Below, piece by piece: positions 41,694-50,774 of a DNA stretch of 64,000 nt. Origin of the DNA: an uncultured Clostridium sp. (GTDB taxonomy: Bacteria > Bacillota > Clostridia > TANB77 > CAG-508). Positions within the stretch are counted from its first letter, which is position 1. Each line of letters starts with the position of its first letter. A program made the position numbers and the translations under genes. Location: NCBI GenBank assembly GCA_949467015.1, contig CASVZF010000002.1, forward strand, positions 2,856 to 66,855, read 5' to 3'. The notes below the pieces were generated by a model. The model was given only the letters and a program-made list of their open reading frames with translations, searched no databases and had not been told where the DNA came from.

Positions 41694-43394
41694 CTATTTT
41701 TTTACTGATACTATTTTAACATTATTGACCTTTTTCACACTTCCTAATAATTTATTTATATCATTTTTTCCATTGACTTCTATTATCATATTTATTTTAG
41801 CTTCATTATTATCTAATGTAGTTGTTAATAATTTTATATTTATGTTATTTTTTGTAAAAACATCTGTAATTTCTAAAACTAAATTTTTTCTATCTTCAGC
41901 TGCAATTTCAATTGATATCTCTTTTTTATTTGCTTCTTTTTTTTGATCTAATAATTTTAATATTTGACTTTTGGCTTTTGCTGTTTTTAAAAGTTCTATC
42001 CATTCTTCTTCAGGTTTTATCTTTTCCTTTGCGGTTTTAATTTCTACAATATCTCCATTTTTCAGTTTTGTAATAAGTGGCATATCCATACTATTTATTT
42101 TACATCCACTCATATGGTTTCCTATTTGTTCATGAATAGAATAAGCAAAATCAATTGCTGTTGCACCTTGTGGTAATACTTTAATATCTCCTTTCGGCGT
42201 AAATATATATACTTCATCATCTAGTAGTTCACTTTTTAAAGTATCTAAAAATTCTTTTGGATCTTTTCTTATATTTTTTAGTTCTAAACTATCATGAATA
42301 CCAGATAATTTCTTTTTAAATTCTACTTCTTGCTTACTATCTATTCCATCCTTTTTCATATATGGAAAATAATTTATAATGCCATATTTAGCAATTCGAT
42401 TCATAGCATAACTACATATTTGAACTTCTAATTCTACCCCTTTTTCTCCTAAAATTATTTCATGTATTGCTTGATACATATTGTTTCTTGGTGTTGCAAT
42501 ATAATCCTTAAAAGTCCCTGGTATTAAATTATATATCGTATTTATCATTCCCAATATTCTATAACAATCTTGCTTTTGCCTAGTTATTATTTTAATTGAA
42601 AATAAATCCTTTATTTCTTCCATATTTATGTTTTTCTCTGTCATTTTTTTATAAATATTATATAAATGTTTGGTTTCTATCTTTACATTTGCTATCATTC
42701 TTTGTCTCTTAAGTTCTATTTCAATCTTATTTTGAGTCTTTTCTAATAATTTCTTTTTTTCACTTATTCTCTCCTTTCGTTCTTTTACTATTTTTTCATA
42801 TTCTTCTGGGTATAAATATTGAAATGAGCCATCTTCTAGTTTCATTTTCAAATCATACATTCCCAATTTATGTGCGATTGGTGCATATAATTCTATCGTT
42901 TCTTTACTAATTGCTATTTGTCTATCTCTTCTTAAATGTTCTAATGTATTTATATTATGTAGCCTGTCTGCTAATTTTAGTATGATAATTCTTATATCTT
43001 TTTCCATTGCAATAAACATTTTCTTATAATTCTCTGCTTGTTTTTCTTCAACAGATTGAAATAAATTATTTAATTTTGTTACCCCTTCTACTATTTGCGC
43101 TATTTCTTGACCAAATTGGCTTTTTATATTTTCATAAGTGGTTTCTGTATCTTCTACTACATCATGAAGCAATGCTGCACATATTGTTTCTGTATCTAAC
43201 CCTAAAGTAGCTAAAATATATGCAACATTTAAAGGATGAATAATATATGGTTCTCCTGACTTTCTAAGTTGATTTTTATGTTTCTCTTTCGCATATAAAT
43301 ATGCTTTCATAATCATATGTTTATCAATTGTTTTATTTTTTCTTTTTCCCTGATATAAAATATCTTCTATCGTAATATCAGTTTTTTCTTCCAT
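41694..43394 (-). CDS. rel: bifunctional (p)ppGpp synthetase/hydrolase, RelA/SpoT homologue
   Basis: 566 aa; HD domain HPLNVAYILATLGLD..LHDVVEDT; synthetase KDYIATPRNNMYQAIH; TGS and ACT-like C-terminus. Confidence 0.8.
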   Translation of the reverse strand: MEEKTDITIEDILYQGKRKNKTIDKHMIMKAYLYAKEKHKNQLRKSGEPYIIHPLNVAYILATLGLDTETICAALLHDVVEDTETTYENIKSQFGQEIAQIVEGVTKLNNLFQSVEEKQAENYKKMFIAMEKDIRIIILKLADRLHNINTLEHLRRDRQIAISKETIELYAPIAHKLGMYDLKMKLEDGSFQYLYPEEYEKIVKERKERISEKKKLLEKTQNKIEIELKRQRMIANVKIETKHLYNIYKKMTEKNINMEEIKDLFSIKIITRQKQDCYRILGMINTIYNLIPGTFKDYIATPRNNMYQAIHEIILGEKGVELEVQICSYAMNRIAKYGIINYFPYMKKDGIDSKQEVEFKKKLSGIHDSLELKNIRKDPKEFLDTLKSELLDDEVYIFTPKGDIKVLPQGATAIDFAYSIHEQIGNHMSGCKINSMDMPLITKLKNGDIVEIKTAKEKIKPEEEWIELLKTAKAKSQILKLLDQKKEANKKEISIEIAAEDRKNLVLEITDVFTKNNINIKLLTTTLDNNEAKINMIIEVNGKNDINKLLGSVKKVNNVKIVSVKK

Positions 43395-43479
43395 CGCTTT
43401 CTCCTCTACACTCGTTTTTCTTTTGTTATTTTTTCAGCCTCTATCCTTAGCCTAAGTTATATATATTATTAACTTAGGC

Positions 43480-44529
43480 TCAACCATTTTCTACAAGTGA
43501 ATAATATCTACATACGTTATGCAAAACTTCATCCTTCGAATAAAACTCCTTTCCATCCTTATGTATAGAATCCTTTCTTAGTTTTTCATCCAAGCATCTT
43601 CCACAAATTGCACACGTATTTTTTTCACTAGAAATAAGATTGCTTTCTTCTCTTTCTAAGTCAAATATATATTTGGGATAGACTTCAGCGAGAATTGGGC
43701 AAAAAGTTGCTTTTATTCCATCTTTTTGTAACCATATTTGAATACCCTCTCCTCCATTTTTACAATATAGATTACTTTCCGTTTTATATCGTTTCAGTTC
43801 TTTATCATTTAGAAAGATTCGAGGAATTCTTATTTTTAATTTATCTTTGTTTGCTATTTCATCTATTTCTTTTACAATTTCTCTCCATTTCTCAGGCTTT
43901 ATATGATTTAATATTATATTTCTTTTCCATAAGGCTTCGAAACTTCCAGCATGAAATGTAAACCATTTTATGCCTATTTTTAAGTAATGCTCTATTATCT
44001 CTCTATAATCCTCTTGATTTAATTCCCATAGTGTTGGTTGTATTTTTATTGGTATATTATGATTCATTCCAAACTTTATTGCTTTATCTATTTCTTCTAT
44101 CTTTATGTCTTTGCTTCCCTTTAAAATTTGTAGTTTTTGATTTTCTACCGTATCAACGCTATAACTGATATAACCAATATCCTTTGAATTTATTCCATTT
44201 GTTAATTCTTTTATAACTTCTATTGCATGATACCCAGAAGTTGAGAACATCACCTTTTTATGATTCCTTATAAATTCTTTTGCTGCTAAATTGCAAAATT
44301 GCGTATCAACTGAAACATCTGGATTTCCAAGTATATATGCTTCTTCTAAATTTGGTAGCTTTTCTATGATAACCTTTATTTGCTCTATTGTTCCTTGATA
44401 ATCCTCTTGTTTATTCCCATAATTTTCTTGTGTACAACCTATACAAGAACAAGTACATTTCTTTTTACCATATGTCCCTGTATATAGGGTTAAAGATTTG
44501 ACTTTTTTTAATGATTTCGTTTTGTCCAT
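43480..44529 (-). CDS. Fe-S protein, radical SAM-like (CxxxCxxC near N-terminus)
   Basis: 349 aa; KKKCTCSCIGC plus C-terminal CAICGRC; family not resolved. Confidence 0.45.
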   Translation of the reverse strand: MDKTKSLKKVKSLTLYTGTYGKKKCTCSCIGCTQENYGNKQEDYQGTIEQIKVIIEKLPNLEEAYILGNPDVSVDTQFCNLAAKEFIRNHKKVMFSTSGYHAIEVIKELTNGINSKDIGYISYSVDTVENQKLQILKGSKDIKIEEIDKAIKFGMNHNIPIKIQPTLWELNQEDYREIIEHYLKIGIKWFTFHAGSFEALWKRNIILNHIKPEKWREIVKEIDEIANKDKLKIRIPRIFLNDKELKRYKTESNLYCKNGGEGIQIWLQKDGIKATFCPILAEVYPKYIFDLEREESNLISSEKNTCAICGRCLDEKLRKDSIHKDGKEFYSKDEVLHNVCRYYSLVENG

Positions 44530-44682
44530 CTTTCCTCCTAACCTTTTATTAGTTTATGATGGACTTGTCTCTTTTAGAACAAAAAAATAAGAAAGAATTT
44601 TTCTATCATACAAAAAAGCCCTAGTCTCAAATCTAATTTCGACTAAAGCTTTTTAAATACTTATAATTTAATGTTTTTTAAA

Positions 44683-45609
44683 CTAAAAATTCCTTCTATC
44701 AATTGCATAACTACTTCCCATAACAGATTTTGCTGCATGCTTTACTTGTGCTCCTACTTCTCCTATCTCCAAAATATTATGGAATCTTCCCACATCTGCT
44801 ACAACCACTCCAATTGATAATGAGGTTAATGGAAATTGTTCTATAATTCCCTTTCTATTAGCAACTTCTATATACCCCTTCTCCAAATCTGTCTCTGAAA
44901 AATATTTTTTTACGTGTTGATCAAAATATGCCAATATATTTTGACATAATTTTTCGCAACTTGTTCCTGGAACAATTGCAACAAAATCATCGCCTCCAAT
45001 ATGTCCAACAAAAGTATTTTCCAATTCATTGCTATGAACTAAATTTATAATAGTTTCTGCTGTAAACTCTATAATCTCGTCTCCTTTTAAAAATCCATAT
45101 ACATCATTATATGCCTTAAAATTATCTAAATCCGCATATAATACTGAAAAAGGTTCTTGTCTTAATATTCTTTTCTTCAATTCTGCATGAATCTGGACAT
45201 TTCCTGGAAGTCCAGTTAAAGGGCTTACTCTTCTATTACTTGCTAGCAATCTATTTAAGTTTTTTACTGTATGGTATAAATATTGTTCATCTACTGGCTT
45301 TTTGATAAAATATTCTATTGATTCTTGCAATATCTTTACTCTATGATCTCTTCCACTTTTCGAAGATACTACAATAACTGGTGTTATCGTATTATCCTCA
45401 TCTTTTCGAATTTGCTTGCATAAATCGACAACATCTCTATCAATCGCATCCTCATTAATTACAATTAAGGAAGGAATGTTTTTTAATGCAATATCTATTT
45501 GATCTGTTTTAACACTTATAAATTTGTATTCTGGATCATTTTTAAATAATTCTCTAAATATCCATATTGAAGAATCATCATCATCTATGATATATATCTC
45601 TTGTATCAT
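44683..45609 (-). CDS. response regulator with receiver and GGDEF (diguanylate cyclase) domains
   Basis: 308 aa; N-terminal IYIIDDDD receiver; PLTGLPGN; GGDDF active-site variant. Confidence 0.8.
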   Translation of the reverse strand: MIQEIYIIDDDDSSIWIFRELFKNDPEYKFISVKTDQIDIALKNIPSLIVINEDAIDRDVVDLCKQIRKDEDNTITPVIVVSSKSGRDHRVKILQESIEYFIKKPVDEQYLYHTVKNLNRLLASNRRVSPLTGLPGNVQIHAELKKRILRQEPFSVLYADLDNFKAYNDVYGFLKGDEIIEFTAETIINLVHSNELENTFVGHIGGDDFVAIVPGTSCEKLCQNILAYFDQHVKKYFSETDLEKGYIEVANRKGIIEQFPLTSLSIGVVVADVGRFHNILEIGEVGAQVKHAAKSVMGSSYAIDRRNF

Positions 45610-45666
45610 ATATTTGCTCCTTTGTTTTTACTTTCAAATTATTATATACAGAAAGTCGAAAATTTT

Positions 45667-46464
45667 TCAAGTATTTTTTCGCTTTTTTCTTATATCAATT
45701 TTTTTATTCAAAACTTCTGTTATTTCTTTTGTATTAATATCAGGGAATGCTTTTTTTAATCGATATACATTTTTATACAAACGAAGGATAATTCGATTTC
45801 TCTTTCTTTTTAATTGTTCTATTAAATTTTTAACATTTTCCATCGTCGTTTGCTTCTCTGTATTCTTTTCAGCTTCCTTTGTCAACTTTCTAATTTCTTT
45901 TGCTTTTTCTTTTATTTCTTTATTTAATTGTTCAATTTTTTCTAATGTAACTTTTATATTTTTAATTTTAACGATTAATACAATCATATCTACCAAGAAT
46001 ACCACTGTTATAATCGAAATTACATAATATAATAAATTGCTATCTACTCTATCAACTATTTGTTGTATGAATGGATGAATATATTTAACAAATATAACTC
46101 CTAATATTCCCCAGCAAATTGAATTTGTTAAACAAATTCGTCCTTGAAAATTAAACTTCTGATTGGAATAATCCCAATATTTTGTATGAAACATCTTCTC
46201 CAATAGTACTCCTACTAAGTATTCCCATATTGTTAATGTTGTTATCGCTATAAAAAATAGCATCACTGGTTTATTTTCAAATTGATCTAAAAATAAAAAT
46301 AAAATAATAGCACCAATTCCATAAATTGGACAAAATGGTCCTCTTAAAAACCCCGTATTAATTAACTTCTTTTCTGATATCGATCTTACAATTGATTCCA
46401 TAACCCATCCTAAAAAAGAATAGATAATAAAATAAGTCAAAATCTCAAACAGTTTTGCTCCCAT
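45667..46464 (-). CDS. membrane protein, PF06541 (putative ABC-transporter type IV / DUF1113) family with charged coiled-coil tail
   Basis: 265 aa; FLGWVMESI..GFLRGPFCPIYGIG. Confidence 0.5.
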   Translation of the reverse strand: MGAKLFEILTYFIIYSFLGWVMESIVRSISEKKLINTGFLRGPFCPIYGIGAIILFLFLDQFENKPVMLFFIAITTLTIWEYLVGVLLEKMFHTKYWDYSNQKFNFQGRICLTNSICWGILGVIFVKYIHPFIQQIVDRVDSNLLYYVISIITVVFLVDMIVLIVKIKNIKVTLEKIEQLNKEIKEKAKEIRKLTKEAEKNTEKQTTMENVKNLIEQLKRKRNRIILRLYKNVYRLKKAFPDINTKEITEVLNKKIDIRKKRKNT

Positions 46465-46516
46465 AATTTTCCCCTTTTCAATAAATACCTCCTACATTAT
46501 GTGTAGGAGGTATTTG

Positions 46517-47479
46517 TTATTTATTCACTAATACTTTAGATATTTCACATACATCACTCTCATTATAAACTCTTATCTCCAGTTTATTTTCTCCATCATG
46601 TAATGGATATGCATATTCAAATTCTTTTCTTTCCTCTATTGAAAATACTTGATCAAGATTTAATACATTTTTTTCGGTTTCATTAATAATGAACTCAATC
46701 TTTTTTATTCCTTCTTCATCAGATGCTTTTATAATAAAGTTATCCGATCCATCTGTTGTTACTTCAACCTTTGGTTTTGTAACTCCTTTTACTTCTTGTT
46801 CTTTTCTTTGTGTTTCATTATTAATATCCACAACAACAACTGTTAATGTATGCAATCCTTTTGGTATTTCTACGTTTTGCTCAACTTCTTGACTGTCTAT
46901 ATCTACTCTCGTCTCATCTTCATCGTCCCATCTATATGTCATATAGGAAAGTCTTTCTTTTCCAATTGCCGTAATTTTTATATTACTTCCACTCACTTCT
47001 AAATTGATATCAACATTTCCTTCTACTGTATATTGTTTTTGATAAGTAGATTCTTTTCCATTAATATCCGATACATATACATTTAAAGTATTGTCTCCTG
47101 TTGGTATTTTTATTCTTTCTTCTACTTTTTTCTTTCCTGTACAATCAATCTCTACTTCATCTTCATCATTCCATTGATAAGTTACTTTGGATAGATTTTT
47201 ATCATGTGTTACTTGTAGTGTGATTTCTGTTGCCGAATTTTCTTCTATATGTATGGTTGGTTTACTAGAAGCTGTCTCACTTTTTGAATTTTGATACATA
47301 GCATATGAACCTGTTCCTATCATAAATACACCAAAAATTAATATCGCAATTGAAAAAAATCTTAAAATTTTATCAATTTCAATTGGTCCACTCGTTCTTG
47401 TTCTTTTCCTTTTTTCCTTTTTTGGATTTTCGACACTTAATATTTGATTCAAAGTTTTCACCTCATTAGTTTTATTCAC
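46517..47479 (-). CDS. membrane-anchored protein with two Ig-like repeats
   Basis: 320 aa; basic N-terminus, single TM, repeated VTYQWNDEDEV / MTYRWDDEDET modules. Confidence 0.5.
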   Translation of the reverse strand: MNKTNEVKTLNQILSVENPKKEKRKRTRTSGPIEIDKILRFFSIAILIFGVFMIGTGSYAMYQNSKSETASSKPTIHIEENSATEITLQVTHDKNLSKVTYQWNDEDEVEIDCTGKKKVEERIKIPTGDNTLNVYVSDINGKESTYQKQYTVEGNVDINLEVSGSNIKITAIGKERLSYMTYRWDDEDETRVDIDSQEVEQNVEIPKGLHTLTVVVVDINNETQRKEQEVKGVTKPKVEVTTDGSDNFIIKASDEEGIKKIEFIINETEKNVLNLDQVFSIEERKEFEYAYPLHDGENKLEIRVYNESDVCEISKVLVNK

Positions 47480-47683
47480 AATGAATTATATCATAAGCCT
47501 TTATAAAAGTAAATGTTTTGAAAATAAAAAGTATCGGATTTCATTATCATTTACCTTAATTTTCGATTCTAATTCATTATCTCCTATATTTGCTTTTTTA
47601 TGTTAATTATAGTATAATATAAATATAAGCCTTGCGCTTGTGTAAATACTAACTTTTAAGCCATTTTGGCAGGAGGTATGATT

Positions 47684-47914
47684 ATGATACTAAAGAATGT
47701 TAAACTGACAATTGCTAATGAAAAAGGTGTTATTTTGGGACACATTGATATTTCTGGAAAAAATTTAGGTTTTAATAGCTATCATTTTTCTCCTGAAATT
47801 CAGGAAAACCTTAATATGGTTGATGAAATATCCCTTCATTCAGAATTGCTAAGGCCTATTCAGACATACGTTAACCAGTTTAACACGAAACACTCTATTT
47901 TTGGCAAGGGTTAA
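47684..47914 (+). CDS. small hypothetical protein
   Basis: AGGAGG RBS; start moved to the second ATG (MILKNVKL..); followed by a terminator. Confidence 0.45.
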   Translation: MILKNVKLTIANEKGVILGHIDISGKNLGFNSYHFSPEIQENLNMVDEISLHSELLRPIQTYVNQFNTKHSIFGKG

Positions 47915-47936
47915 ACAACCCTTGCCTCTCGTTTTA
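47903..47936 (+). terminator. rho-independent terminator (GGCAAGGGTT/AACCCTTGCC + TCTCGTTTTA)
   Basis: stem overlaps the stop codon. Confidence 0.55.
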
Positions 47937-48006
47937 CGAGATTTTATATAATCAACTATTTGATGTATCACTTATATTTGTTATATATTTTTATACATCA
48001 AACGAT

Positions 48007-48048
48007 AAACAGATAGAACCGTTGAAATATCAACGGTTCTATCTGTTT
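48007..48048 (-). terminator. 19-bp perfect inverted repeat AAACAGATAGAACCGTTGA/TCAACGGTTCTATCTGTTT; terminator of the rpsF-ssb-rpsR operon and bidirectional insulator
   Basis: seen in sequence, followed by TTTATTTATTT. Confidence 0.5.
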
Positions 48049-48059
48049 ATTTATTTCGA

Positions 48060-48341
48060 TTAGTTTTGTGAATATGGAAGTATCGCAATATGTCTTGCTC
48101 TTTTTACTGCTATTGTAATATCTCTTTGATGTTTAGCACAAGCTCCTGTTGTTCTTCTAGGTAATATTTTTCCCTTATCATTAACAAATTTTCTTAATTG
48201 TTCAGGATTTTTGTAATCTAACTCAAAGTTTTTATCACTACATAATACACATACTTTTTTTCTTTGTTTTCTGAATCTTGGATTGTAATCCTCATCATAA
48301 TTTTTATTATTATTTCTTCTATTTTGTTTTTTGTCTGCCAT
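48060..48341 (-). CDS. rpsR: 30S ribosomal protein S18
   Basis: 93 aa; ..[52 protein letters not shown]. Confidence 0.85.
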   Translation of the reverse strand: MADKKQNRRNNNKNYDEDYNPRFRKQRKKVCVLCSDKNFELDYKNPEQLRKFVNDKGKILPRRTTGACAKHQRDITIAVKRARHIAILPYSQN

Positions 48342-48362
48342 TTTATTTCCCCCCTCTTTTAT

Positions 48363-48791
48363 CTAGAATGGTAGGTCATCACTTGAAGATACTTCAAAAT
48401 CTGCACCCATACTTCCAGGCTCAGTATTTCCAAATGTGTTTTCAAAAGTACTATTGCTTGAATCTCCATCTCTTCTGCTATCTGCAAAATAAGCTTCTTC
48501 TGCAACGACCTCTGTTACATAATGTTTGGTTCCTTGGTCATCATCCCAAGTTCTTGTTTGTATTCTTCCAATAATTCCTACTTGTTGACCTTTCTTAAAG
48601 TATTTGCTACAAAATTCTCCAAGCTTACTCCATGCAACAATGTTGATGAAATCTGCTTGTCTTTCTTCCCCTTGTCTTGCAAATCTTCTATTAACTGCTA
48701 AGCTAAAAGATGCTACTAATGTATTATTTGTTTGCGTATATCTTACTTCTGGGTCTCTTGTTAATCTTCCCATTAATATTACTTTGTTCAT
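48363..48791 (-). CDS. ssb: single-stranded DNA-binding protein
   Basis: 142 aa; MNKVILMGRLTRDPEVRYT OB-fold; acidic C-terminal DDLPF tail. Confidence 0.85.
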   Translation of the reverse strand: MNKVILMGRLTRDPEVRYTQTNNTLVASFSLAVNRRFARQGEERQADFINIVAWSKLGEFCSKYFKKGQQVGIIGRIQTRTWDDDQGTKHYVTEVVAEEAYFADSRRDGDSSNSTFENTFGNTEPGSMGADFEVSSSDDLPF

Positions 48792-48844
48792 TTTTTATCA
48801 CCTTTCTTACTTTAAATAAAGGCCCCGATCTTTATTTAATTTTC

Positions 48845-49123
48845 TTATTTTTTTACAACGATAAATTTGATAATATCATCTGTAATTCTGTAAATTCTTT
48901 CAAGCTCTGCTATGAAAGATGGATCAGCTTCAAAATTGAATAACATGTATGTAGCTTCACTAAATTTCTTGATTTCATATGCTAACTTCTTTTTCCCCAT
49001 GTTTTCTACTGATTCTACTTTTCCGTTTTCATTAATTAACCCTGTGAATTTCTCTTCTAAAGCTTTTAATCCAGCTTCATCAACATTTGGGTTAACAATG
49101 ATAATACTTTCGTATTTGTTCAT
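48845..49123 (-). CDS. rpsF: 30S ribosomal protein S6
   Basis: MNKYESIIIVNP.. start with GGGAGGTG RBS; the N-terminal extension of the listed ORF is rejected. Confidence 0.8.
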   Translation of the reverse strand: MNKYESIIIVNPNVDEAGLKALEEKFTGLINENGKVESVENMGKKKLAYEIKKFSEATYMLFNFEADPSFIAELERIYRITDDIIKFIVVKK

Positions 49124-49271
49124 CATTTTCACCTCCCTTTGGATTTGTAACCTACATTTTCTGTAAGTAGAGATTTGAAATCTACACAACAAAATAGCCA
49201 TGTTTCTTTCAAAACATAGCTATTTTATCATATTTTCTAATATTTGGCAAGTGATTTATTAAGTTTTTTTA

Positions 49272-50381
49272 TTACTGATTCCAATTGATAGTAGCAGAGC
49301 AACCACTATTCCAATTACTATCCCATCCTGAAGGTGCACTTGAATATCCTTGTATATTTATAGTTTGAGATGATGTCCAATAACAAAAGGCCCAAATCCC
49401 TATGTTTATTACTCCGTTTTGTATGGTTATACTACTTAAATTTGTAGCTCCCCTAAATGCGTTTTTTTCTATACTTGTTACACTATCTGGTATTTTATAT
49501 TCCTGTGCTTGCTTCCCACTTGGCCAATAAATCAGTTTCGTGCTATCTTTATTAAATAAAATTCCATCATTACTACTATACTCCTTATTATCTGTATCTA
49601 CATTTACACTTATTAAATTTGTACAATTTGAAAATGCACAGTCTCCTATACTTATTACACTTTCTGGAATTGTAATCTCTCTTAGCTTAATAAAAGACGC
49701 TCCTGTATCAAATCCAAATGAACATCTACCAATTTTAATTACTGTTTTTGGTATTTCTACTTTTAATATATTATTTGTAAAAGCTCTTGAATTAGCTACT
49801 GTTGTCCCATCCTCATATACGCTCCACTCAGAACTACCATTTGTACCATAAAATTCTATTTCTGTACATCTACTTGGAAACCTTAATACTGTATAATTTT
49901 CTATCTTTTCAGTATAACCTATAATTGTACCATATCCTTCCTCATTAGGATCGTCACTTTTCCAATAAAAACAATCTTCATCTGATGCTGTTTTATCCCA
50001 TTCTTCTGCATCAAATGCATAAGATACTGTTCCATTTTTATCTATTTTTATTTTTACTCCATCTACCGTTACTGTTAATGGAAAACTAGTATCTTCAATT
50101 GTATCAGGCACTCCTTGAATTTCCTTTATATTACTTAAATTAGTTTTTAATAATCCATTATCTAAATTTCCATCTGCTCCATAACTTCCTAATACTTCTA
50201 CCTCTACTTGTTCTTTAGCTGATGCCTTGGTTGTTTCTGTTTTGGCTTTATTAGCTTGATTTAATATTCCATTTTCTCCTGTTAAGGTTGCAATTGTTAC
50301 TCCTGCTAAAATTAATAATACAATAATTGTTATCACTAATGCAATTAGAGTAATTCCTTTGTTTTTTCTTAGTTTTTTCAT
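49272..50381 (-). CDS. surface protein with type-IV-pilin-like N-terminus (KGITLIALV...) and C-terminal BspA-type leucine-rich repeats
   Basis: 369 aa; N-terminal KNKGITLIALVITIIVLLILAGVTIATLTGENGIL; C-terminal repeats of the IP.SV.SIG..AF..C.NL form. Confidence 0.6.
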   Translation of the reverse strand: MKKLRKNKGITLIALVITIIVLLILAGVTIATLTGENGILNQANKAKTETTKASAKEQVEVEVLGSYGADGNLDNGLLKTNLSNIKEIQGVPDTIEDTSFPLTVTVDGVKIKIDKNGTVSYAFDAEEWDKTASDEDCFYWKSDDPNEEGYGTIIGYTEKIENYTVLRFPSRCTEIEFYGTNGSSEWSVYEDGTTVANSRAFTNNILKVEIPKTVIKIGRCSFGFDTGASFIKLREITIPESVISIGDCAFSNCTNLISVNVDTDNKEYSSNDGILFNKDSTKLIYWPSGKQAQEYKIPDSVTSIEKNAFRGATNLSSITIQNGVINIGIWAFCYWTSSQTINIQGYSSAPSGWDSNWNSGCSATINWNQ

Positions 50382-50565
50382 ACTTTCTCTCCTTTATTTT
50401 ATTATCTCTTGTACTTTGCCAAAATATACCTGACATTTTTGTCGTATCTTCATCTATATTTTATCTTTATAAAATCCTCTCGTCAATACTTTTATGACAA
50501 AAATGTCGTTTTATTTTGACTTGCCGTATAATATAATATTTTAAATATAAGACGGGAGGCTAATA

Positions 50566-50754
50566 ATGATAAGACAATATCGATTAAAGAAAAAATTATC
50601 ACAAGAAGAATTAGCTGAAGAAATTGGTATTAGTTGGAGACACCTGCAAAGGCTCGAGCATAACGAAGAAAATACCAGAATCTCTACTTTTAAGAAAATA
50701 GTAAAAACTTTACAGGTTCCAGATGATGAAATATTAAAATTTATAAAAAAATGA
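50566..50754 (+). CDS. XRE-family HTH transcriptional regulator
   Basis: 62 aa; LSQEELAEEIGISWRHLQRLE helix-turn-helix. Confidence 0.65.
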   Translation: MIRQYRLKKKLSQEELAEEIGISWRHLQRLEHNEENTRISTFKKIVKTLQVPDDEILKFIKK

Positions 50755-50774
50755 CCAAGAGATATCTCTTGGTT